Shown here: positions 52,641 through 64,000 of the stretch, piece by piece | How positions within the stretch are numbered: the stretch's first letter is position 1 | Layout: every line of letters begins with the position of its first letter | From: the human T2T-CHM13v2.0 reference genome, Homo sapiens | Assembly (NCBI RefSeq): GCF_009914755.1 | Contig: NC_060933.1 | Length of the DNA stretch: 64,000 nucleotides | Reading direction: 5' to 3' (one strand) | Made by a program: the position numbers and the translations under genes | Notes under the pieces: model-generated | Databases searched by the model: none | What the model was told of the DNA's origin: nothing | What the model saw: the letters and a program-made list of their open reading frames with translations, nothing else

Positions 52641-55600
52641 GGGCATGGGAGGAAAGGAGCCTGATAATCCCCCTTGTTCCCCTCCTCCTCAAACAAATCT
52701 GAGATTTCCTCAGATATGTTTTCAGTTCCAATAGGAGCTTATAACCAAATAGGAGATGTGAACAAAACTACACAAAAAGGGAGAGGGATGGGTAAAGGTT
52801 TAAGCAACTTGAAAAGTGAAAATGCTAAGTAAGCAGTTAACCATATATACTAGGATTTTCTGCCAAAAAGTGGTACACTTTTAAATAAAGAAAGTGACCC
52901 AGCACAGTATTTTATAGTCTTTATATGGTTATATTAAGAAATGTCAAAATCTGAAAACAGTGAGACAAGATATTCCCAGGAACACTTGGTTTATTCTACA
53001 GCATTTTACTTATACCTGTCTTGGGACTGTCCATCAGCGACACATCTCAACAAACATTTTAATACCTTCTATTGTACATCTAACTGTGTATCATAATTAT
53101 CTCTGATTATAAAAGAATATGTTTCTTCACTTAAAAGCAGGTATCAGCAAAGGAATCATACCTGTTACAAATAATAATAGTGATATGATGAACAGTCTAT
53201 GTGCCCCCTTATACGTTATTTATGTTAGGTCATAGATTCCCCAGGGGTCTGTGCTGAGACCTGGACTGGCTTCATTAGCGCTTCACATAAATCAATGAAG
53301 GCACATCTTGATTTTACCAGTGGCTAGAGTCACTGGAATTTTTCAAGTGAAACCTCTCAGGTAATACATTTTTAAAAAACACAAATACAATGTTACCATT
53401 TCTTCTAAAAGGTGGTTTTCTCAAATTCAAAGGGCTAAATTCATATGCTCAGAGAAATTCCACAAATTTCTATGACATCTATATGAATCTGAAGGTAAAA
53501 TGTGTGCTAGTATGCTGAAAAAAAATTATTCTCTTTTTTCTTTTAAAGATTAGATGGTTTTTAAAAACAGACATAAAGAGAAAGACAGGAAAAAACAGAC
53601 TGACTAGCTAAAAACAAATGCTTCAACATCACTGAGCAAAGCAAGAGACCTATGTAATGGTTGTCAGGAACTTTGAGCTAACTCTTGAAAATTAAGAAAT
53701 AAATACAAAGCCTTGTGGAGAAAAAAAAAGTCTTCTAGAACAACGTTAATGTCATCTTGGGCATGTGGACTGGGTTCACATGTGTGTCAGCTGAATCAAC
53801 ATAATGGGCTATAACAGCTTCGAAGCAGCTAATATGGTCCATTGGGTCAATAATCCGTGAACTAAGAAGGATTTACTTGATAGACTATAAATGGCTCGTA
53901 AGAACTCAAGAATCACTCCATCAGATCAAAAATCCAATTTTCATATGGTGCCTTTCTACAAATTAGTCAAAAGAAAGTAATGGCTATGAAGGACTTTAAG
54001 GTTTATCAGCTACAAATTCATGTTTTAAAGAACAGTGTAGAGGAAGAAATAAAAATTAAACATCTTGGGGCAGGGGAGATCAACCTATTTAAGGGGAAAA
54101 ATATATTTTCTGAAGGAAAGCTAATATACAGTATGAAATATCCAAGGGGCTTTTTATGTTTTCCTATAGGTACGTGAATGTACAAATACAAACCACTAAA
54201 ATACATACACATATACATTCATATTTTTCTCTCTCTCCCCTCCAGATATCTACACACACTAGGTAAATTGCAAAACCCGATTTCTAAGATAGCAACAATG
54301 CAAAATGAAAATTCGTATTTTATTTTTACCTCTTTACACCATTTGTTTGTGGATCTATGGAGACATTTGGGACAGAATATGGATACTGGCAAATTCTTTC
54401 ATTTTCACTTACAGAGAAGCAGGCAGAAGAAACTACAAAAGGTAAACAGTAAAAACTACAATATATTTTGAACATTTAAGAGAAAGAGGAGAGTTGATTC
54501 CCTGGCTGGCCAACGATTATACAGCCAGCATTTTCAGATAACTGCAACTTCTGCCCTCTCTAGACTGCAGAGAAACAGGAGCCTTTACCCTGTGATTGTG
54601 AATTTCATTACATATTCATGCTAGGTGATTGTGGTTGTAGATTAATTTTTTAAAAAATAAGCCTATCTACATGAATAATTGTATTTACTAAGTTCATGGC
54701 AACGAAGAAAAGCAGAGAAAAATACTCCAAAAATATAACAGGCTGTAATTAGAATTCTTAACAAGAAAGAATTCCTTTACTCGGGAAGAAAATGTGATCT
54801 ATCACCTCTCTCTCAAAATGCTATTAGCTTCTCTTCATCATAGGAACAACAAAAAGAAATCATTTCTTTTTCTTTTTATAGAAGTGACACTGAATAAAAT
54901 AATGGATGTTTTTACATCAAAGTATATTAGCTATTGACATAAGCTCGGTCCTCTTAACTTTTACACAAGGGAAAGAAAAATTCCAATAATTCTGAACTAG
55001 ACAGATAAAACTTTTCTCTGTGGCTACAGCCATGTACTATTGTATGTAACTGCTTATTTTTAAAAAGAGCCTTACTGGTGCTCTCTGAAGGATTTTCTTT
55101 TATACATAGCTTTATCCTATAATTTTGTCCCTGTTGGGCACGCTGCCTAAATTTAAACACAAACAGTCAAGCAATGAAGAAACATTAACACATTTACTGT
55201 GAACAAAAACTCCCAGTTGTACAGTGAAATTTTAATACATTTCAACTTATCACTTTTACTAATGGGGAGAGTACAAACCCTGCAGGAATTTGCTCTGCAA
55301 ACTGGTAATTACAGTAGACTCACTTTTTTATAATGCATATGTATAGCCAGACAAAAAAAACGCTGGCTGCCCTTTTGATGTAGGTTACAATAGAAATGTT
55401 TTTAAAAAATTATGAAAATCTACAGCAATTCTAAAGGAATGTGTTATTTCATGGAAAAGTGTCCTTTAACTCTGTATGTGGACACAAATAGACATATATT
55501 TAGATATTTGTTTTACACATGAGAAGGCATAAGCTTTACCTGCATGAGCTTTTATGTCATTTCCCCCATAATCTTAAGTGTACAAAATAAATCTGCTCCT

Positions 55601-57292
55601 ATTTGTACAAAGCTAGTTGTGATTTAAAATATAAATTTATCTATTTTAAATATAATTTATTTATTTATCGTATAAAGATGATATTCTTTCATTCCGTGCC
55701 TGGTTTTCGGGGCAGTTTTGAAGAGTTAAATCCATATATTGGGATCTCACTGTAATTTCTCATTAAATAATTAAGGACTGCAAATCAGTAATTTGTCTCT
55801 CAGTCCAGGTATATGTGCTTCTTGATGAAAGAGACCCTATGTGCATGCCTGAAGAGTAAGAACCATATACTGTAATATTCATAATAGTAGCATAATTGAT
55901 AGAAATGAAATAAAATCTTTGTTACTATTCACATCACGTGCTAGACACTTTACATTTATCTGTCAAATTTTTGGTTCCATAACATCTTTCTAAGAAATTG
56001 AAATCTGCTAGACTGCTAAGAAGCTATCAATATATAATTTATGTTAACCTCAGGTTTTCTAAGTATGATCTGACTGGGGAAAAAATAAAAGCAGATAAAG
56101 CTTTTAAGTGGACATAACTTTTGTAAAATTATGTGAATTAAAAAATAAAAGTGATGAAGTTGCTAAAATGTCTATTACTGAGTATTATCTACAAATTCCA
56201 GGGACAACTTTCTAAAAATAGAAACTATAAAATTCACATGAAATATTTAGCATGTATTTACTAGCAGAATATGCAAAAGTTGCTGTTCAGAAATCACTGC
56301 CTTAGTCATCCAACTTCACATAAGAGAGACAAAAGATAATCATTCCTGGTAGGCTTGGCTGTGGCAGAATGAACTCACCACTACGGGGAAGAGACGTTTT
56401 GGATACACTAGAAATAAGTACCTTCTTCTAAGTCCACATGCCTTACTATTCTTCCAGGCAACGCTAGTAACATTCTAACCTTAGATCTCCCTGTCATTAT
56501 AGAAAAGCATATGTTCCCCTCCACCATTCTCATCTCTACCACCAAAGGCTACTTTTACCATACTGTACCTGAAACCCAAAATAGGAAAACAGACTCATCA
56601 CAGCTTAAGAGGCGGGCACTGGCTCACAGGCAGTGTATATATCCTGGGCAATACCTATTCCTTCTACCTGGAAATTAAATGAGATGCTTTGCATTTTTGA
56701 AAAAGCCAAACATCAAAATATGTATTTTTCACTTCTATTTCCTTAAAGTTGGTTTTTGCACAAAATATTAAATAGGGTTGTGCCTTAAATATGAATAAAT
56801 TAACAACAAAAGTATACTTCAAGGACATGTAAAACTTTAGTCTCTCCAATATCCATTCACCCATATAAAAACAACTGAACATTAAAATGTATGTAGCCTA
56901 TCACAAAGCATTCATCCCTTCATTTGCTAAGATTTGACTACTCCAAAGACAATGCTAGAAATTATGAAATATAAAAACATAAACAAATATACTTCCTGCT
57001 CCCTCATAAACAAATATGCTTCCTGCCTACAAATAACTGAACTGTGGAGCAAAGTGATTTGGAATATGAGCTTAATGTCAACCATATTCAAGTAATTTGG
57101 AGAGTTAGGTCATAACTTACATACTACAGAGATTTACAACTTTCATAGGATCAAAAGGAAAGAAGTAGAAATTCAATACTCTCTCTTGCTGCAAGGCAGA
57201 GATGGCTGTGAACGGAAGCCTAGGTACAAAAACGTGTCATAACAAAACACACACACCCTTCTAACACCTTCTTCAAATGAATGGTTCCCTCA

Positions 57293-57615
<323 letters not shown>

Positions 57616-60600
57616 GTAATATATTAAGATATGCTTAATACTTTCATACATCTGCATTTTTCATTGATAAATTGATAACAGCGCATGCCCATGTGTTGTG
57701 GTGCTTCCACTTCTTCCATACAAGCACCATAGGACAAGCCAATATATTATCGGATGACCAAATACACACAAACCAGCTTTGCTGGTCTACGAAGAATGAT
57801 AAAGGAAAACAGGGGCAACCAACGGTTTTACTGTATCACTCACTCATATTTAAAACCCTGATATATAAGAAACCTATATCTAGACTACGGTATGTACTTT
57901 AAGTAATCCAAGAGGGGCCCTACATTGATGACCACAAATACTGCTATTTATGACACTGAACATCAGTTGGATTTCTGTAAAGTACCTTGTAAGTTTGTGA
58001 GATGGCTGTTTCCTACCCTATTTGCACAATTAGTGTGTTCTACTTGAGTGAATCATAAATAGATAAGGAAAGCACAATTCAATATGATTTTTCACTGAAA
58101 CATTATCTGAATATCCATAGAGCTGGTGATAAGCATGCTTTAATACTTTGATCATATCCAATAAATGTGAGGCTATTATTTTAATTGTCAAATATATTAC
58201 CTGTGCTCAAGTTGTTTAACACTGAGACACAGCTGCCAGATGGTATGTCTCCTAAAAAAGTAAAGCAGACGTAGTACAATTTTAAGTGGGTGTGTATTTG
58301 TACAGTATTATTTTCTTTAGATTTCCAGTCTATTGACAAATTCAGCATTTTATTCCTTAATCAGAAAATAACAGATTTTAAAGTTAAGGTATACATGCTT
58401 CCTCACCTAACCATATTCTAGCTGAAAAACATCATTTTTAATGTTTACCTATATTTAATATTTCAGTTTTGTGTTTCAATTAGTTAAAATAGTAACTCTC
58501 CCTCCCCTAAATCAACCTACTTGTTTTATTTTAAAAAGGTAATGATGCGGGGGTGCGGCGGGTGGCGAGAGTCTTCTGGTGTTAGAAGTAATATAAAGAG
58601 CTAGGGTTATACATGAATAAAGTTAGTTTGTGTATGAAGGAATTACACCTGAGCTAGTAACCTGAGGATCTCTGTACACAGTTGTCAGGTGTCCTACCTT
58701 TCATCTGAAATAATAATGCACAACAAAGGGTAGAAATGTAAAATATGTGCTAATAACGCCTTCAATGTGAAAGTGCCTCTTGCTTTAATTTGGGATCACA
58801 GAAAATGATGATGATACATCTTTTATTATTTAAACATCTTGGAAGGGGCAAGAGGAGTCTGTAAATTAAAGGTGAGATTTATCACGTGCTGCGAAAACAA
58901 GGTTCCACAGCACAATCTCATCTTCTTTAGCTATGAACCAAATGTCTCCACTTCCTTCAGCAAAAGAAAACTCTTACCTATTAAATATAAAAAAGAACAG
59001 GTATATGTCAGAATCATCTGTGGTGCTTTACATAAGTACAGATATCCAGGACCACACTCCAGAATCGGGGAATCGCAACTTCCAGTCCACTTGCACAACC
59101 CGAGAAGAAGTGCCTCCTCAAATTTTGTACCTCGGGCACCTCATTTGGCTCACCCTACTCCTGGCCCTATATTGTTAACACTTGTGGTACCAGAAGAGGC
59201 AGGGAACTGTGCTGAGATCTAAACGAACAGACACAAATGCAAGAAGATGCTCTGTTTAAAGGACTTCAGGGGTAAAGGGAAATCCCAAACTTGTTTCGAA
59301 TCCCCTGGGACATTGCAAGAGAAGTAAGCAGTTTCCTGAGGAGGGCCTCATGAGCTTTTCCAAGATTTGAAAGCAGAGCTTCTCAGAGGGAGCTGAGTCC
59401 AAGCCAACTGTTGAAGCAAGATCCTACTACACACTCCTGAGCCTGAAAATGATGGAGAGGGGAAGAGGAAGCCAGGGAGGGCAGGGTCTGGGTACCTAAA
59501 TGGCTATCCATTTTCATTTTAAATGGATGCAGGGAAAAGATATAAATGATTAATATGACTAATCAATTCCCTTAGTAATTCCCTTCCTCCCCACTGCCAC
59601 CACTCACTAATTTTTCAATACGCATTTAGGAAAGTAGAGAGATTGCGTACAACTGGCCGTAACTGCAGTCACACTTTTCTATAACCAGGAGTCTGGTAAT
59701 ATCTCTAAAGTTTAAAAGATAATGTTCTGGAAAGTACCCAGCACAACCCCTCCAATATAATAAGTGCTCAGTAATGTTTCTCTTCCCTGTCTTCTACATA
59801 ATCGTCAAAGTATGGAGCCATATACAGCAATCAAGCTTTGACATAGTTAAAAGTTGTTAAGAGGAGGGTACCATTCTGCTTTCATAATTTTTGTCATTCT
59901 AACCCCCTTGCAGGAACTAAATCCTTCACTCCTGACCCTTATGAATACAAAGCAGGTTCTTTGCCTAATTTATGGTAATTGTAACTGAACTGGGCCAAGT
60001 GGCTCCCAAAGTGATTTCTGAAAGACTAATATGCCCTCTTCTGGTTTCTTATTTAAGAAAAAAGGAAAACAAAATGTTAGTTTATTAGATGTGTAAAAAT
60101 GTGAGGTAAAAATGTGTACTTATTTATTGTATTTACTACTAATCATCTTAATTACTTCATAGAGATTTTCATAGGTAACTTAGTATTTGGAAGTCCCAAC
60201 ATTAGGTAAGGTGAAAATACTTTCTAATGACATGGTATTCACCAATGGGGCTTTGGAAAAATTTTTCCCAAGCCAGATGACAGCATAAAAATGATATAAA
60301 TTGCATGAACAGGGGTCAGAAAACAAAAATCTAAATGTGGTATACTAGGAAAATCTACAATGTCTTTTCAGTGGTGCCACATACCCCCTCAGTGCTCCCC
60401 ACTCTATGCCCACTCAGGCCCGCTTTCACAGCCCTGGGCCGAGAGCAATGCCAATTAGTGTCAGTTGTGATGGGGTTTTGGAGACATGGACCTTTGTCTT
60501 AGAGGAAGTGGGCTGCAACCACCAACTTACTGTACAGAAGCAACCTAACAACCCATTAGGTGGAAATGACTTTTCAGCCACTTCCTCCAGGGACTGTATC

Positions 60601-62337
60601 AGAAACTGATGGCTTAGACAGATGGGAACATTTTTACATTTCTGTTTTAACTGCATCCAGGAACATGGATTTTTATCATTTGATGCTGCCAAACCCTCAT
60701 TTCATCTACTGCTCTTTTCTATAGTATTCCTTGACTAATAAAATGATAAACTAAATACTTTAGAAATAGAAGATGCCATCTTACTGTATATATTAAAAGC
60801 ATTCTATGAGTTATCCACTGAATTTTTGGGAATTTCCGAAAACAAGAAATTTCCTTACTGGAATATTGTTCTCCAAGTAGCATTACATGCTTCGAAAAGA
60901 TGCTGATGGTTACCCTTTATGCCTCCAATTGTCAAACCAGTAATAGATTAGGTTAAATCTATCAAGAAGCAAAAGTAATCCTTCCTTGGTCCAGGAAGCA
61001 ATGAAGTCAGGCACTGCAAACAGAAATGTTCACACACTAGCAGATAAGTCAGGGCCAAAGGCTTTAATCCAGCATTGTATTTATGTGGTTACAGAGCTAA
61101 AATCAAAATTTACTTCTACTCAGTGTCAGGTAGAATGCTAATGTTATACAAGAAAACTTGTAACCAGTTAAAATTACATTTTTCATATTATTTAAAACAT
61201 ATGATTTTAAAAATAAACATTTAATACACATTAACTGCTACCAATGCAAATATTTGTTAAACTTTTAACAATCAGGTTCACCCTAACATCACACACCAAA
61301 AGTCACAATTTTTTTGTCTGTGTGCAAAATTGCTCCATTGAAGAAAATAATTTTGAGACGCTAAACATATAGTACATAAACATTATTTATCAGCAATAAG
61401 CAGCTCTCAAATGCCATAATAAAGACTCAACAATTAGAGCATCCTTTCTGGTCTAAGATGCTTCACTTTAGGCAAAACTAAAAAGGAGGTTGCAAGTGCC
61501 ATGAAATCTGGCAATAACTTAAAACTTTTAACTTAAGATTTTTAGGTAAGCTTCACTATCAACATCCCAAACCTGCTGTTAGTATTTCTGCTCATAACCT
61601 TGGCTGATTTTATTAATGCCCAGAAAAATATACACTTTTCTTTAATTTTTTTTCTGTTTAGGTATATTTTCAAACCTCTCTCAAATATTCTCTTAAAAAT
61701 TAGGTATTTTATAAAAAAAATTCTGTCACAGTACTGCTTAAAATGCTAGAAATTTCATATAAATTGTCCATTTTTTTCTTTCCTCAAATCAAAAAGATAC
61801 AAAAGAATGTAAACTCTAGTAAATAAAACTTTACATGAGTTTGTATACTAAATAACATCCTAAATAATAATAAAAGTCTAAATTTTATTTGATCTGGATG
61901 TTGGCAAGATAGATGTTCAATTCTCTTCGTATTGTTCTAATTAGTTCACAATTTTAAAACCACTAACAACTACCTGCTTAGTCAACAGAAGTACAATACA
62001 AACCAATACAAAGCAAACATCTGGGACCCATCTTAATTAGAACCTCTTTCTCTCTCTCTCTGTAAGAGAGATTTTTTAAAAAACACTTTATAAAAGAGAA
62101 GCAATGCCCCATTCATATTAATTAAATGCCAACTTTTGTTTAATTTTGTGAAACACAGAACTGCTATGTTTATTTTAGAAAAGCTGCATGACATAATTTA
62201 AATGCAAAGCAAAACTCATAAAACTTTAAATATAAATCCTTTTCAATTAGAAAGATCTTGAGAGACAGATGGCTACAAAACTATGCTAAACCTACGCTAA
62301 AAGCCACTGAATTATATACTTTAAAATGGTTAAAATG

Positions 62338-62650
62338 GGCTGGGCACGGTGGCTCATGCCTGTAACCCCAGCACTTAGGGACACTGAGCTGGGTGGATCA
62401 CTTGAGGCCAGGAGTTTGAGACCAGCCTGGCCAACATGGCAAAACCGCAGCTCTACTAAAAAATACAAAAAAGCACAATTAGCCGGGCGTGGTGGTGGGC
62501 GCCCGTAATCCCAGCTACTTGGAGGCTGAGGCAGAAGAATCACTTGAACCCAGGAGATGAGGTTGCAGTGAGCCGAGATCGCGTCACTACACTCCAGCCT
62601 GGGCAACAGAGAGAGATTCCAACTCAAGAAAAAAGAAAAGAAAAGAAAAG
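62338..62650 (+). mobile_element. Alu nested in an old L1M 3' terminus (about 62303-62700)
   Basis: Full dimer; TSD core ggttaaaa; flanks ccactgaattatatactttaaa and ttttatgctatgtgaattttacttcaataaa are the L1M end. Confidence 0.93.
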
Positions 62651-63104
62651 GTTAAAAATATTAATTTTTATGCTATGTGAATTTTACTTCAATAAAGAAA
62701 CCAGACCTTGTAAAACAAGACAAAAATACTTGTGGGTGTCAGTCTGTTTTTGTGTGTTTGTTTTAGTAAAGCTAATAAGGCTACTGTACCAAACAAATCC
62801 CTCCACTCTCGGGAATTACACAAATAGAGCACCAACTTTCTTAATGGACACATCTTTTTCAACAATGACTTCATGTGATGTCCCCTCATACACGCCAAAG
62901 AATAAGTCAGTATTTCAAAAGGAACACAACATTGTAACTACTTTCTGTAAAACACATGACTAGATTGTGACCTCTATCTAATTCACCAACAATAAATTAG
63001 TAGAGAATGAAAAGAGGAAATTATCCTAAAGATTTCATGTTTTCAAGTATATATTTCTACTTATTTGCATATTTCATATATTATCTGCAAAGTTAAGTTT
63101 AAAA

Positions 63105-63340
63105 ATACTGGCAACGCTTCTTACGCACTTACTATCAAGCAGTGTTCTAAACACTCTGAATGGACAAACTCAGCTTATCCTGACTTTTCCCTCTTAGGAG
63201 GGTATCACGCTATCATTATCTCAATTTTACAGGTAAAAACAACAACAAAGCACAGACATTAACCACCTTTGCCAAGGCAGAGCCAGGACTTCCGATCAAC
63301 TTCACTACCTACTCTCTAAACCACTATGCTTTACCACCTC
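63105..63340 (-). mobile_element. MIR
   Basis: cacttactatcaagcagtgttctaaacact...attatctcaattttacaggtaaaaac...ggcagagccagga. Confidence 0.7.
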
Positions 63341-63607
63341 TAAGCTTCAACATTTTTCTTTAAGTCCCATGACTACTGTTAAGTAACAAGTGCTACATAA
63401 AACTGTTTTCCACATTTAAGATGGACTGAATGGAAGCTTTTCTTATTGCCAAAGAAAGAACTCAAAGTGACAACTTCAGAAAATATGAAATGGAAGTTTA
63501 TTACAGCACAACAGAGACCAGAGCCATGAAAACAAGCATTCTTAGAGTTCAGAGTCTGTGATATAATTAGTGATAACTAATAAAGAGTCCAACCTTTCAA
63601 GAATTCT

Positions 63608-63863
63608 TTTTTTTTTTTTTTTTTTTTTGAGACATGGTCCCGTTCTGTCACCCAGGCTGGAGCATAGTGGCACAACCACGGTTCACTGTAACCTTAACCC
63701 TCCCAGGCTCAGGTGATCCTCCCACCTCAGCCTCCCAAGTAGCTGGGACTACAGGTGCACACCACCATGCCTGGCTAACCTTTTCAAACCCCTGGCCTCA
63801 AGTGACCCACTCACCTTGGCCTCCCAAAGTGCTGGGATTACAGGCGTGACCCATGGCGCCCAG
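63608..63863 (-). mobile_element. Alu (AluJ-like) with an internal deletion of linker and part of the left arm
   Basis: cctggctaaccttttcaaacccctggcctcaagtg junction; TSD tcaagaa. Confidence 0.92.
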
Positions 63864-64000
63864 TCAAGAACTTTTTTTAAACAAGCCATTTAGAGTGCCT
63901 GCTGCTAGAACAGAAAATAAGGGCTTACAATTTCAATTATGAGCAACATTTGAGTCCTAAGTAAGAGAAGTAATTATAGTATTTATAAACCAGCTTACAT

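Noticed and set aside
55622-55651. AT-rich hairpin atttaaaata...tattttaaat
   Set aside because: Low complexity; expected by chance in AT-rich intron.

Overview
Primate genomic DNA (27 Alu copies including an AluY; almost certainly human) lying entirely inside the minus-strand gene BNC2 (basonuclin 2). Only two exons can be firmly supported: 40801-40903 (103 nt, AIRCTLVNC...GWVAH) and 10344-10579 (236 nt, ALDKLSTQH...GYILQ). They splice in frame across a 30,221-nt intron; I call them exons 4 and 5 from recalled RefSeq numbering. The rest is intron with Alu, MIR, L2, old L1, MaLR LTR and hAT MITE copies, and nearly all other ORFs in the track are Alu-derived or chance. No bacterial-type system, CRISPR array or structured RNA gene is visible. 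The most notable signals are hypotheses. (1) A coherent splice-control layout: several cassette-exon candidates in the exon 4-5 intron, all giving premature stops; a (UG)23 tract just after exon 4; a distal branch point with an AG-free zone before exon 5; and a competing frameshifting donor overlapped by a G-quadruplex motif after exon 5. (2) Exon 4 encodes a Cys/His motif whose spacing resembles, from memory, the binuclear-zinc region of the GCN5/PCAF N-terminal domain. (3) Exons 4+5 form a 339-nt phase-0/phase-0 unit that would give a stop-free circular ORF. Repeat subfamily calls and boundaries were made by eye and are approximate.
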